Source of the DNA: a virus
Taxonomy: Duplodnaviria; Caudoviricetes
Length of the DNA stretch: 64,000 nt
Direction: 5' to 3' (one strand)
Virus record (IMG/VR): IMGVR_UViG_3300015214_000033
Span: 4,604 to 68,603 of that record
The notes below the pieces were generated by a model. That model did not search any database and had not been told where the DNA came from. It saw nothing but the letters and a program-made list of their open reading frames with translations. Shown in pieces: positions 38,637-49,404 of this stretch. The position numbers were made by a program, and so were the translations under genes. Within the stretch, counting starts at the first letter, position 1; every line of letters starts with the position of its first letter.

Positions 38637-40211
38637 ATGGCAGGATTTATAGACAGATTTTCAAATAATGAAAATAAACTTTCGATGTCTAGTGCACTTA
38701 GACGACTATCATCACTTGGAATGAAAATAGATGACATGGTCATCAAACAATCTAGAGCAATTGGTGTAACTGAAGCTCAGCTTGGTGGACAAGATGTTTC
38801 TTCTAAAGATTTAATGTATGCATTAGCATTAGCAGATACATCACAAAAGAAATATATTCCAATTTTCGATAAAGATTATCCAACACGTAGAGATTTTTTA
38901 CGTAAATTTGCTCTTAATGCAGAAATTGATTGGATGATAACAACAGTTTCAGATGAAGCTATTTGTTATGATGACACTAATTATTTTTGTTATCCAAGTG
39001 TATCTCAATTAGATCTTAAAAAAGATATTGCTGAAGATCTTGATAGATATTTTAAGCAAATTTATAACAGATTTAATTTTGCAGATGATTTAACAGCATG
39101 GCAGTATTTCAGACAATTTTTGATTGATGGTGTACTTGCATTTGAAATTGTGTATGATGCAAAAGGAGATAATGTAATTGGTTTTAAAGAATTAGATCCT
39201 GCGAAAATGCAATCTGATGTTAAAAATGAAAATGGAATATTTAAAAAGGTTTGGTATTTATATCCAAATGAACCTTCGATGACAAGAATGCTATATGACA
39301 CGCAAGTTATTTATTTGTCATATGCTAGAGGTAATTTGCCATCTAGAATATCATACGTTGAACCATTAGTTAGATCATTTAATTTATTGAGAATTGTTGA
39401 AAATGCTCAAGTAATGTGGATGTTAATGAACTCTACATGGAGATTAAAAATGGTTGTACCAGTTGGTTCTAAATCACCACAAAAAGCAAGAGAATCTCTT
39501 GGAGAGATGATGGCATTATATAAAGAAGATGTTAGAATTGACCCAACGTCTGGAGAATTGAGTGTTGGTGGTCAACCAACAATGCAATATTATAAAAACT
39601 ACTTATTTCCATCTAAAAATGGAGAACATGTAGATATCGAAACACTTCAAGGTTCTGGACCTGAAATTAGTGAAAGTTCATTAATTGAATACTTCAAAGA
39701 TAAATTAAAAGAAGATTCTAAAATTCCATTATTACGTTTCGATAAACCTACAAATGGTGGTCAATTAACTGGAACAGCTGCATCTGGTGTAGATCGTGAA
39801 GAAATTAGATTCCACAAATTTATATCTAGACTTAGATCAGCATTTCAAGAAATACTTATTAAACCATTATGGGTACAAATGTGTCTAAAACATCCTCAAT
39901 TAGAATCGGATGAAATGTTTAGATCTTCATTAGGTTTGTCATTCATACAAGATAATATATTTGAAGAAATACGTCGTCAAGAAATATTAACTAAACGAAC
40001 CGAATTGATTAGTGCTTTACAACAAATACAAGAAGGAGATCAACCATATTTTAATACAAATTGGTTAGTTAGAACATACTTAAAATTAGATCCTACTGAA
40101 ATCGAAAATAATAAAAAGGCAAAAGAAAAATTTGCAAAAGAACAGGCTGCTAAAGAAGCCGGTGAAGGTGGAGAAGAAGACGCAGGTGAAGGTGGCGGAT
40201 TAGGATTCTAA
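38637..40211 (+). CDS. Portal protein (gp20-like)
   Basis: EIDWMITTVSDEAI, RQFLIDG, SYVEPLVRSFNLLRIVE and REEIRFHKFISRLR. Confidence 0.9.
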   Translation: MAGFIDRFSNNENKLSMSSALRRLSSLGMKIDDMVIKQSRAIGVTEAQLGGQDVSSKDLMYALALADTSQKKYIPIFDKDYPTRRDFLRKFALNAEIDWMITTVSDEAICYDDTNYFCYPSVSQLDLKKDIAEDLDRYFKQIYNRFNFADDLTAWQYFRQFLIDGVLAFEIVYDAKGDNVIGFKELDPAKMQSDVKNENGIFKKVWYLYPNEPSMTRMLYDTQVIYLSYARGNLPSRISYVEPLVRSFNLLRIVENAQVMWMLMNSTWRLKMVVPVGSKSPQKARESLGEMMALYKEDVRIDPTSGELSVGGQPTMQYYKNYLFPSKNGEHVDIETLQGSGPEISESSLIEYFKDKLKEDSKIPLLRFDKPTNGGQLTGTAASGVDREEIRFHKFISRLRSAFQEILIKPLWVQMCLKHPQLESDEMFRSSLGLSFIQDNIFEEIRRQEILTKRTELISALQQIQEGDQPYFNTNWLVRTYLKLDPTEIENNKKAKEKFAKEQAAKEAGEGGEEDAGEGGGLGF

Positions 40212-40228
40212 AAACTTCTAAATAAAAA

Positions 40229-40237
40229 GATATATAA
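40229..40237 (+). promoter_or_regulatory. GATATATAA putative late promoter
   Basis: 24 nt upstream of the ATG at 40262. Confidence 0.6.
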
Positions 40238-40261
40238 GTAAATAAAAAATAATTTTGTATT

Positions 40262-41086
40262 ATGGATATTAAGTCTTTCGAAGGATTTTTAAATGAATAT
40301 TATAATCCTGAAACTGGGAATGAAATTGTTCCTGGTAAATATGCACATTTAAATGCTCAATCAGAAAAAAAAGGTGTTGTTGTATATAAAGGTTCAAACT
40401 TAACTAAACCTGAAGATACATTTTCTTCAGCTACATTTCCCAAAGCAGCAGCAGAATGGCTTCATGATGGTGTAACTATGATTGCGATAACAGGGTTTGA
40501 ACATTCATGGTTTAAAAAATATGATCCAATAAATAGAGCAAATATAAATCCAAAATATCAATCAGAGTTAAATGGTACTTGGGGAGATACTTCTTTACCA
40601 CTTTTTACAGATGACCATCCTGATTATGAAGAAGTAAATTTCGATATTTATAAAGCTGAACCTAACACAATTGTAAATACAAGAGAAACTAAAAATGGAA
40701 AAGAAACACTATCTGGTGCTATCTTTTTAAGAGATAAAGATGGAAATGAATTTGCTATTCACTCACACATGTTAGATGATGTAATTAAAGGAGGCTCTAT
40801 TGAAGATGATGTAATTCCTGGTTCAACTTATATGATTGATAAAATGAGAGGAACTATTGTTAATTACATTAAAATGCCAGGAGAAAAAGAAGGTGTAATT
40901 GTTGTTAAACTTCAAAATGCTGCAAGAGTTAGATATTCACTTGCTGAATTTAGAGCAGCAAAGTTCCATAAACTTGATGAATCTGAAGAATCAGAAGAAG
41001 GATTAGAAGAACTGACTGAAGCAAAAGCAACTGTTCCAAGAGATGTTAATAAAGGTATCACAAAAGATCTTGGAAAAAAAAGATAA
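40262..41086 (+). CDS. Hypothetical protein with a CTS-like leader; a frameshifted coiled-coil continuation runs to ~41363
   Basis: MDIKSFEGFLNE; the -1 frame after A8 (41074-41081) reads KIIEAQKLTEELEKIQKEF... Confidence 0.6.
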   Translation: MDIKSFEGFLNEYYNPETGNEIVPGKYAHLNAQSEKKGVVVYKGSNLTKPEDTFSSATFPKAAAEWLHDGVTMIAITGFEHSWFKKYDPINRANINPKYQSELNGTWGDTSLPLFTDDHPDYEEVNFDIYKAEPNTIVNTRETKNGKETLSGAIFLRDKDGNEFAIHSHMLDDVIKGGSIEDDVIPGSTYMIDKMRGTIVNYIKMPGEKEGVIVVKLQNAARVRYSLAEFRAAKFHKLDESEESEEGLEELTEAKATVPRDVNKGITKDLGKKR

Positions 41087-41414
41087 TTGAAGCTCAAAAA
41101 TTAACAGAAGAATTAGAAAAAATTCAAAAAGAATTTGAAGAGAAAATTGAGCCAATAAGAAATACTTTAAATAAAAGCAATAAAGAAGTTATTGACTTAA
41201 TGAGAGAAATTGATGCAACACAATTAGTTGTTAAAAAGGTACTTGTTAAACTTGAACAGAAAAAAAGAAAGGAGGTGTCTTCGTGTGGACTAAATTTACC
41301 GGAGCAGCGGAAGACTTTATTGAAACTGCAGATACATTAAAAACTGTAGTTGAAGCAGCATAAAAATAAAAATAAAAAAAAACTATAACAAAAATTAAGA
41401 ATTTTTCAGATTAT

Positions 41415-41744
41415 ATGGATATGATTAATGAATCAATAGAATCAGATCCTAAAAAGTATACCATTGCAGTGGATATTGTTGCAGACATAAAAAATGGTAA
41501 ATTAGTAACTGCCGATGGAGAAGGACCTGCTGGTTATATCGAAAATCTTATAGCAGGACTTGACTATGATATTCTTGAAGAAGTGGGTTCTGGTGGTGGT
41601 TGGCCACACGTAGAATTTACTGGAACTAAAGCAGAATTATTACCTTTATTAAAAGGATTGGCTGCAGATCCAGATGTTGATGTTGAAAAAGAACTTGATG
41701 CATGGGATGGTAGTCATAAAGGATTATTAGAAATAATTGGATAA
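41415..41744 (+). CDS. Hypothetical protein
   Basis: 109 aa; the upstream in-frame sequence reads KIKNFSDYMDMINES. Confidence 0.6.
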   Translation: MDMINESIESDPKKYTIAVDIVADIKNGKLVTADGEGPAGYIENLIAGLDYDILEEVGSGGGWPHVEFTGTKAELLPLLKGLAADPDVDVEKELDAWDGSHKGLLEIIG

Positions 41745-41806
41745 ATATGATCTGGGTGAATCTGCACAATATACAAAGCAGATTCACACATAAAATAAAA
41801 AAATAT

Positions 41807-42487
41807 ATGATGATTAAATCTTTTGAAGAATGGAATGAACTTAATGAAGCTGCAAAGTATCATTTTGATTTTGAACATACAACATATACTATACATCAAT
41901 CAAAATCTGATCCATCTAAATTTGGAATTAAAAAAGATGGAAAATGGAGTATAACTGCTAGAGGTAGAATGTTCGATCCTAAGAAATATGACATGAAACC
42001 AAAAGAGTTTCTTGCATATATTCAAAGAGGTATTAAACATTTTAATATTATTGGAACAGTTGATCGTAAATCAGTATTTGAAAGTGAATGGAGACCATTG
42101 TTTAAGTATGAACTAAAACATAATACTACATTTAATAAGAAAAATATCATTCTAAAACTTCATTGTGGTAAACGTAATGCTTGGTATAATATACAAAAAG
42201 CAAAAGAAAAAGTCAATGAAAATGAACAAGACATTGAGTTTACTGATGATGAAAAAGTATATGAAACTGATTTCGGTATTGTTACGCAGATAAACGATCC
42301 TGGATTATACGACGAAACATATCAAGTGTGGTCTAAATGGGATGATGGCCAACTAGAATTTGAAGGTGGAACCGATGATTTAGAAGAAGCTAAAGAAATG
42401 GCCGATTCATTTACAAATGAAAGTGTAACATTGGAAGATACAGATACTTTATTTGAGTCCGATGGTCTATATGGATTTGAAGCATAA
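41807..42487 (+). CDS. Hypothetical protein with a CTS-like leader
   Basis: MMIKSFEEWNELNE. Confidence 0.65.
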   Translation: MMIKSFEEWNELNEAAKYHFDFEHTTYTIHQSKSDPSKFGIKKDGKWSITARGRMFDPKKYDMKPKEFLAYIQRGIKHFNIIGTVDRKSVFESEWRPLFKYELKHNTTFNKKNIILKLHCGKRNAWYNIQKAKEKVNENEQDIEFTDDEKVYETDFGIVTQINDPGLYDETYQVWSKWDDGQLEFEGGTDDLEEAKEMADSFTNESVTLEDTDTLFESDGLYGFEA

Positions 42488-42520
42488 AAAGTTGGATACG
42501 TAAAATAAAACAAAATTAGT

Positions 42521-42844
42521 ATGGAAAAAAGAATATCTACATACGACGAATTTGTTAATGAAATACTTTCAGCTATTCCAAACAAACAAACATCACAATC
42601 TGATGAAGAGATTCTTAGAGCGGCAATACTAGCAGAACTTGATGCTATTAATGTATATACACAAATGGCTGAAGTTGCAAAAAATCCTAAACTTAAAGAA
42701 ACGCTTTTAGATATTGCTAGAGAAGAAAAAACTCACATTGGAGAATTTGAAGAATTATTGAAACAATTAGATCCTGAGTATGTTAAAGAATTAGATAACG
42801 GCAAGAAAGAAGTTGAAGCTGGCAAACATGAAAATCAGGAATAA
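42521..42844 (+). CDS. Ferritin-like protein of the encapsulin-cargo (EncFtn/Flp) type with a CTS-like leader
   Basis: DEEILRAAILAELDAINVY...DIAREEKTHIGEFEELLKQLDPE; N-terminus ISTYDEFVNE. Confidence 0.8.
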   Translation: MEKRISTYDEFVNEILSAIPNKQTSQSDEEILRAAILAELDAINVYTQMAEVAKNPKLKETLLDIAREEKTHIGEFEELLKQLDPEYVKELDNGKKEVEAGKHENQE

Positions 42845-42922
42845 TTTACTCATCGCCAAAATGACGAAGGAGATAGCTTAGAGACAACACGTTCTCATCA
42901 ATCGCATTGCTTAAAGTTGCGT

Positions 42923-42948
42923 ACCCTACCTACGATGTAGGGTTTTTT
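42923..42948 (+). terminator. Rho-independent terminator
   Basis: ACCCTAC-CTACGAT-GTAGGGT followed by TTTTT. Confidence 0.75.
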
Positions 42949-42951
42949 ATG

Positions 42952-42977
42952 TGAACTAATCTCACTGTGTCATATAA
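42952..42977 (+). promoter_or_regulatory. TGAAC-N16-TATAA putative promoter
   Basis: Exact motif, 5 nt before the ATG at 42983. Confidence 0.55.
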
Positions 42978-42982
42978 ATTAC

Positions 42983-44725
42983 ATGGAAATTAATACAGAG
43001 CGAATGTTGGACCAGTATGTTCTAGAGACATATGGAGAAAATTTTAAATTTCGTCCACAACAAAAAGAAGTTATAATCGACATCATTAATTCATTTTATG
43101 ATGCAGAGTGTGATTTATATTTATTAGATGCACCAACTGGTAGTGGTAAATCTATAATTGCTATGATAGTTGCAGGATTTTTATCACATCAAAAAATGGA
43201 AGGATATATTTTAGCATCTGACCTTGCACTTCAACAACAATATGAAAAAGATTTTTCTCGATATAAATTGGATTGGGGCTCTATAAAAGGAGTTGATAAT
43301 TATTGGTGTGTAGCAAATAGTGAGCGATTTAGTTTAGGAGAATGTAGACTTAAAAATGTATCATATGAAAAGGCTGAGGATCTGGTATGTTTTCATGATT
43401 GTGGATATTTACAAAACAGAAGAAAGGCAATTCGTTCTTCCGTTTCATTATTGAATTATAGTTTTTGGTTAATACAACGAAATTATCTTGAACCAAAAAT
43501 GATTGAATCAGGGAAAGCAATTCCATTTCAAAAAAGAGATTTTACAATATGTGATGAGGCACACAAAGTTGTAGATATTGTACAAAATCATTTTAGTCCA
43601 CGTGTAGATGGTAAAGCTCTCGATAAATTAGACAATCTTAGAAAATGTATAAAGCGTTGTGGAATAAAAACTCCAACATCATCTTCTGTTAGAGTACGTA
43701 CAGTAATCAATAATTTATTTAAGGAAGATGATCAGGAACGTTTATATGCCTTATTAAAAGAATTTGAAATTCAACTGTTAGAATTTGTTAGTTGCACTAA
43801 AGCAATAAAAGAATATGTATCAAAAGAATTTCCTGGAAGCATACCTGTTCCTGGAGATTGGAGATACGCATTAGGTCTTTCTGATTGGGTTAAAGATATG
43901 CATTGTAAATTTGAAGATTATAATCATATCATTTCTCAAACAAGTACAGAATACATAATTAAAAATCCTAATCAAGATCAAGTAATTTTTAATTGTTTAG
44001 ATGAATCATATATGATGAATCGACATTTTCATGAACAATCAGGCTTTAAATTATTGATGACTGCTACAATGGGAGATGCAAAAACATTTTTAGATACTAT
44101 TGCTGCTAAAAATGCAAAGTATTTTAGAATGGATAACACATTTGATTTTTCAAATTCTCCAATTTATTATTATCCTAAAAAACGGATGAGTGCATCCGAA
44201 AAAGAAAATACATTGCCGTGGGCAATAAAAGAGATTCAAGCCATTTTAGAGGACAATAGAGACGTTAGTGGTATCATCCATAGTGGTTCCTATGAAATCA
44301 CACAAAGAATACATAATGCATTATCTAATGAAAATAAAAAGAGAGTTCTCATATATAAAGGAAGCGATGAAAAGAAAGAAACATTACAAACATTTGCAAG
44401 TTCTTCCAACAATATCATAATGGGTCCATCTTTACTTGAAGGTTTAGATTTAGCTCAAGATAAAAGTAGATTTCAAATATTTGTCAAGATTCCATTTCCT
44501 TCGCTTGGTGATAATTTTGTCAGTGCTAAGATGAATAGCAATCCTGTGTGGTATGATTGGAAAACTATCTCATTAATATTACAAGGTGTTGGTAGATCTG
44601 TTCGTTCTAGTGATGACTGGGCACTAACATATATACTTGATGGATGTTTAAGTGATTTGTTTAAACGATCAAGATCAAACTTTCCACCAGACTTTCAAAA
44701 ACGAATAGTACTTAAAGATATATAA
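42983..44725 (+). CDS. DinG/Rad3-family SF2 helicase
   Basis: DAPTGSGKS, ICDEAH, MTAT, LLEGLD and QGVGRSVRS. Confidence 0.88.
   Translation: MEINTERMLDQYVLETYGENFKFRPQQKEVIIDIINSFYDAECDLYLLDAPTGSGKSIIAMIVAGFLSHQKMEGYILASDLALQQQYEKDFSRYKLDWGSIKGVDNYWCVANSERFSLGECRLKNVSYEKAEDLVCFHDCGYLQNRRKAIRSSVSLLNYSFWLIQRNYLEPKMIESGKAIPFQKRDFTICDEAHKVVDIVQNHFSPRVDGKALDKLDNLRKCIKRCGIKTPTSSSVRVRTVINNLFKEDDQERLYALLKEFEIQLLEFVSCTKAIKEYVSKEFPGSIPVPGDWRYALGLSDWVKDMHCKFEDYNHIISQTSTEYIIKNPNQDQVIFNCLDESYMMNRHFHEQSGFKLLMTATMGDAKTFLDTIAAKNAKYFRMDNTFDFSNSPIYYYPKKRMSASEKENTLPWAIKEIQAILEDNRDVSGIIHSGSYEITQRIHNALSNENKKRVLIYKGSDEKKETLQTFASSSNNIIMGPSLLEGLDLAQDKSRFQIFVKIPFPSLGDNFVSAKMNSNPVWYDWKTISLILQGVGRSVRSSDDWALTYILDGCLSDLFKRSRSNFPPDFQKRIVLKDI
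44717..44725 (+). promoter_or_regulatory. GATATATAA motif upstream of the tnpB remnant
   Basis: Overlaps the helicase stop; 46 nt before the ATG at 44772. Confidence 0.4.
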
Positions 44726-44759
44726 ATATAATATTTTATAAAAAGTTAACTTATAAAAG

Positions 44760-45638
44760 AATTAAAGGAAGATGATAAGGACATCTAAACATAACATATC
44801 ATTTGCAAATCAAAACAAAACTGATTTAATTGATACTTTATACAGATCTATTGCAAACATATGTCTTGATGCAGATTAAATGAACAACTTCCACAAAAAT
44901 CGTTTTTGAGTAGTAAGGATCTTCCTACCGTTAATGACATTACACATTCACAATGGAAACAAATTGCTTATAAACAAGCTAATGAAAATGTTAAATCACT
45001 TATTAAGAAAATCAGAGACAAAACATTTAAAAAATATAAATACCTTTATGCAAAATGCATAAAAAATGAAGTTCATGAACACTTTACGTCAAAACGATTT
45101 AAGGAACTTAACATAAACTTCATTAAAAGAATACCTAAAATCAACATACAAAACATTTCTATTCCTATTGATGATCGCCTACTTGATACAGAAGCAAGGC
45201 AGTAAAAATTTTAAACAATCTTTAATAGAAAGAAATGATTTAATCAATTTTTATGTTAAAGAATTTGTAAAGACAGAACAACCTGATGTGGTAATGATAG
45301 AAGATTTAAAGAATGTAAAGCACAAGTCACCAGGTAAGATACACAAGAAGACAATGAACAAGATGCAACGTTGGTCATATGACAAGACGTTTGTGAAGTT
45401 GGGAGAACTTTCAGAAAACGAAGGTTTCGAGATACTGAAAGTTAACCCATCATACAAGTCAAACTTGTTCAAAGTGTGGCAATATTCATAAGGAAAGACG
45501 TAAAGGTGAACTTTATGAATGCATAAGTTGTGGTAATGTTATAGATGCAGACTTTAATGCTGCATTAAACATACTGTATAGAGGAGCATATGGTCCCTCT
45601 ACCACAAAAACTTAATTTTTATAAAAATTAGTAATTAT
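44760..45638 (+). mobile_element. tnpB: Degenerate tnpB (IS200/IS605- or IS607-type) element
   Basis: Fragments MIRTSKHN...; VMIEDLKNVK...QRWSY; VNPSY-shift-TSQTCSKCG...CISCG..DADFNAALNI. The RuvC-I region appears deleted, with a TGA at 44867 and frameshifts. Confidence 0.85.
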
Positions 45639-46254
45639 GATGAAATTTGATGAATTTATAAACGAAAAGAAAAATCATAAAGATTTACAATTCTGGATCG
45701 ATATGGATGGTGTTCTTGCGGATTTTGACAGAAGAATACGAGAAGATTCTAAATTTGTAGAAGCAATTGAAGAATTAGCATCATATATGATTGATAAGTA
45801 TGATATTAAAGTTGAAATTTTAGATGATGTTAGAGAATTTGCAAAAACTTCTAAAGATAAAAAATTCAAGAAACTTCACAATAAAGCTAAAGATGTTCTA
45901 TATAGTATAGCATCTAAGCCTGGATTTTTTATGGAACTTCATGAAATGCCAGATGTTATACAATTATTTCATACTGCTAAAGAAATTTCAGGTAAACTTC
46001 CACACATTTTAACAGCTCCAATAAACGATAAACAATATTCAAAAGATGACAAACTTGAATGGATGAATACACATTTTGAAGGTTTGTTTGACAGGTTTGT
46101 AGCTGACTATGAAAAATTCAATTATGCAAAATCTAAAAAAGATGTATTAATTGATGATCGCCCTAAGAATGTAACACTATTTAGAAAAGCTGGAGGTACT
46201 GCAATATTACATACATCTGTTGAAGATACGATACAAAAAATGAAGAACCTGTGA
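45637..46254 (+). CDS. 5'(3')-deoxyribonucleotidase (HAD) with a CTS-like leader
   Basis: IDMDGVLADFD, ILTAP and LIDDRPKN; N-terminus MMKFDEFINE. Confidence 0.85.
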   Translation: MMKFDEFINEKKNHKDLQFWIDMDGVLADFDRRIREDSKFVEAIEELASYMIDKYDIKVEILDDVREFAKTSKDKKFKKLHNKAKDVLYSIASKPGFFMELHEMPDVIQLFHTAKEISGKLPHILTAPINDKQYSKDDKLEWMNTHFEGLFDRFVADYEKFNYAKSKKDVLIDDRPKNVTLFRKAGGTAILHTSVEDTIQKMKNL

Positions 46255-48134
46255 TGAAATATACAATGAAGAATAGAAAACCGGCGCCTTCATTGCATAT
46301 CATTACTCGATGTACTAGACCTGAATATCTTTTAAAAGTTAAAGAAAGCGTTTTTAAAACATCTAAATGGAATGAACAGGTTTATTGGACTATAATATTT
46401 GATACTCGAATACTAAACAATCTGAATACTAATTTATTAAAAGAATTATTATCAGATCGTCGTATTAGAACAATATATAGAGAGTCTATTGAAGGTGATA
46501 TGGGTCATCAACTTATAAATGAAGTAATTGATGAAAAATTTGAACACTGGAATATTACTCCAATTGATTGGATGAATGAATGGATTTATATTCTAGATGA
46601 TGATAATAAATTACATGAAGACTTTTTAGATAGTACATTCGAATTAATACATGCAAACCCTGAATGTGCATGTTTAATTTTTTCTCAATTTGTAGGCGGA
46701 CAAGATTTTAGTGGAGTAGATATTCGTGTAGCCGATCCTTCTAATGTGAAAGTTGGAAAAATAGATATGGCTCAGTTTTTAGTAAAAAGTGATATTTTAA
46801 ATGAAATTAGATTTGTTTCAAATCGTTATGAAGCAGATGGAATATTTATAGTCGAACTGTATAATAAATATAAAGATCGTTTTATATTTGATAAAACAGT
46901 TTTATCATATTATAATCACTTTCGAAAAAAAACTTTGCCTTACTCGTTGCCACGCATATTTGTAAGTGGACAAAACGTTGGACAAATAAAATCAAATAAG
47001 CATAGTAATGCCGAAGCTGATGATTTGTATGTTATCAATACACATGACAAAAGCCTATTACATGACATCTATGAACATGATCCAGATTGTTACATAACAA
47101 TTGGTAAGAATTTTTCTGAATTTCCATTATTGAGCAGTTTACCTTTCGACTTTAGAGGAAGATGGATTCATTTAGAAAACTCGAATAATGTTGGTGAAAT
47201 AGCATACAATTGTTCTATGCAATCAATTTTAAATCACGATACATCGACATTAATAAGTGTATTTACTCCAGTTCATAATATAGGAAATAAAATATACAGA
47301 ACATATGAATCATTAAATAAACAATCATATCCAAATTGGGAATGGTCAATTGTTGATGATTCTACTGATGGGATAACAAGCAAATTGTTAAAACACCTTG
47401 CAGAACATGATCCTCGTATAAAAATACATTCATTCGAGAATAAAACAAAAGGAATTATTGGAGAAGCTAAATATAGAGCTTGTGTTTTATCAAGAGGTGC
47501 ATACTTGTTAGAGCTTGATCATGATGATTATTTGTTACCAGATGCATTGGAATTAATGTTAAAAGCATTTGAATCTAATGAAAATGCTGGATTTGTATAT
47601 TCTGACTGTGCTGAAATTGATGAGAATTTTAATACACTAAAATATGGAGAAGGTTTTGCGTTAGGATACGGCAAATATAGAACCGAAACACATCTAGGCA
47701 AAACATTTGAAGTTGCAATTGCACCAAATATTAATCCATTGACTATTAGGCATATTGTAGGAGTTCCTAATCATTTCAGAGCATGGAAACGTGATACATA
47801 CTTCACACTGAATGGACATAATAGAAGATTGAGTATTGCAGATGATTATGAATTAATTGTGAGAACTTTTTTGGAAACTCACATAGTAAAAATTCAACGA
47901 TGTTGTTATTTACAATTCTTTCACTCTAATAATTCACAAGATTCTACTAGAGCTGATATACAAAGAAGAGTTAGATCAATATCTCTAAATTATTCAAATC
48001 AAATACGAAATAGATTCGAAGAGCTTGGAAAAACTGATTGGGCTTATGAAAATAGTATTGCTACAAAGCCACGATATGGAGAAGAAGAATGTTATGTTAA
48101 TTCAATAATAGAAGTATGGAGTATATTGGAATAG
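46251..48134 (+). CDS. Two-domain GT2 glycosyltransferase
   Basis: YILDDDN; ISVFTPVHN...IVDDSTDG...LELDHDD...DDYEL. Confidence 0.85.
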   Translation: MMKYTMKNRKPAPSLHIITRCTRPEYLLKVKESVFKTSKWNEQVYWTIIFDTRILNNLNTNLLKELLSDRRIRTIYRESIEGDMGHQLINEVIDEKFEHWNITPIDWMNEWIYILDDDNKLHEDFLDSTFELIHANPECACLIFSQFVGGQDFSGVDIRVADPSNVKVGKIDMAQFLVKSDILNEIRFVSNRYEADGIFIVELYNKYKDRFIFDKTVLSYYNHFRKKTLPYSLPRIFVSGQNVGQIKSNKHSNAEADDLYVINTHDKSLLHDIYEHDPDCYITIGKNFSEFPLLSSLPFDFRGRWIHLENSNNVGEIAYNCSMQSILNHDTSTLISVFTPVHNIGNKIYRTYESLNKQSYPNWEWSIVDDSTDGITSKLLKHLAEHDPRIKIHSFENKTKGIIGEAKYRACVLSRGAYLLELDHDDYLLPDALELMLKAFESNENAGFVYSDCAEIDENFNTLKYGEGFALGYGKYRTETHLGKTFEVAIAPNINPLTIRHIVGVPNHFRAWKRDTYFTLNGHNRRLSIADDYELIVRTFLETHIVKIQRCCYLQFFHSNNSQDSTRADIQRRVRSISLNYSNQIRNRFEELGKTDWAYENSIATKPRYGEEECYVNSIIEVWSILE

Positions 48135-48346
48135 ATAAATCTAAATTAACTTATATAGGCAGTGAACGTTATATCATACGACGTGTAATGAAAGAAGAAA
48201 ATCTTCATGATGTTAATAAATGGAAACAATATTTAGGTGTAGAAAAAGCATTTAGAAAAGATGATTTGATTTATTTTTGTGATCTCATTCCTGATGCAAT
48301 AATTGTGACTGATGATGACGTGGAAAAACCTATTCTTGATAAATAA
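48116..48346 (+). CDS. Small hypothetical protein
   Basis: 76 aa ORF. Confidence 0.5.
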   Translation: MEYIGIDKSKLTYIGSERYIIRRVMKEENLHDVNKWKQYLGVEKAFRKDDLIYFCDLIPDAIIVTDDDVEKPILDK

Positions 48347-48363
48347 ATAAATGTTATTTTAAT

Positions 48364-48573
48364 ATGAGTGAATTATGTACTAAATGTGCTGATAAATATA
48401 ATCAGCCTATTGGAATTGATGTAGAAAAAATATTTGAAAATCTACAAGAAGGAGAAACTGAATCTGGATTTTATTGTGAAAGTTGTGGTTTGATTGCAAT
48501 TACACGAAATGATAACAACTTACAAGTAATGAGATCGAAAGATGATAAATTAGTTAACTGGGAAAACTACTAA
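48364..48573 (+). CDS. Small CxxC protein
   Basis: CTKC...CESCG. Confidence 0.5.
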   Translation: MSELCTKCADKYNQPIGIDVEKIFENLQEGETESGFYCESCGLIAITRNDNNLQVMRSKDDKLVNWENY

Positions 48574-48574
48574 T

Positions 48575-49180
48575 ATGGGAACAATTATAATGATAATAAC
48601 GGCATTATGTTTTGTGATTTTAATAGGAAGTATATACATTTTCTATATCAAATCACTACGCAGTACTGATATTAATAGCAATGACAATCAAGATCATTTA
48701 TTTAATTTTGAAATAAGTGGTGAAACATTCAAAACAAATGGTTTTTTTGTAACAATTGGAGACACTTTTTATATTAATGAGTATGAACTTACATATATAG
48801 GAACGTCAAAAGTTGATAATTCAGTAGCATTTCTTTCTACAGAATCATTAGAAACTTTCAGAATGGCCATAAAAAATGGTGCACAATTATATGATGCAAC
48901 AAGATATGAATTGAATGATACGATTCTGAGAGTAGAAGAATCTGTTGATTTAAGAGAAGTTGCAAAGAAATATCTTCTACAATATTCTGGTCTTAATGAA
49001 GAAGAAGCAAATCCTAATAATTTGTCTCAAATAAAAAATGTAGATGAAGATAAACCATTTGCTAAATTAACAACTCTTTCTAATGTAGAACAGAAAGATG
49101 CTGAACCAAAGAAAAAACTAAAAGATTTAAAAAAAGAAGGAAACCGAATTAAAAACACTCCAAAACCTAAAGACATATGA
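48575..49180 (+). CDS. Membrane-anchored hypothetical protein
   Basis: N-terminal hydrophobic helix. Confidence 0.55.
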   Translation: MGTIIMIITALCFVILIGSIYIFYIKSLRSTDINSNDNQDHLFNFEISGETFKTNGFFVTIGDTFYINEYELTYIGTSKVDNSVAFLSTESLETFRMAIKNGAQLYDATRYELNDTILRVEESVDLREVAKKYLLQYSGLNEEEANPNNLSQIKNVDEDKPFAKLTTLSNVEQKDAEPKKKLKDLKKEGNRIKNTPKPKDI

Positions 49181-49404
49181 ATAATATAACTAAACCAAAA
49201 GCCCCTCTGATGAGTGATTTACCATGGGTAGAATGTGAATGTGGAAATAACACATTTGATTCTAAAATGATGTTTAAAAAATGTTCTGCTATTTTAAGCC
49301 CATCAGGTAAAGAAGAACATGTTCCAGTTGAAATTGTAGTTTGCACAAAATGTGGAAAAATTCCAGAGTTTGTTGCTAAAAATTTAGGCATTGAAACTGT
49401 ATAA
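49177..49404 (+). CDS. Small zinc-ribbon protein
   Basis: CECG...CTKCG. Confidence 0.6.
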   Translation: MNNITKPKAPLMSDLPWVECECGNNTFDSKMMFKKCSAILSPSGKEEHVPVEIVVCTKCGKIPEFVAKNLGIETV

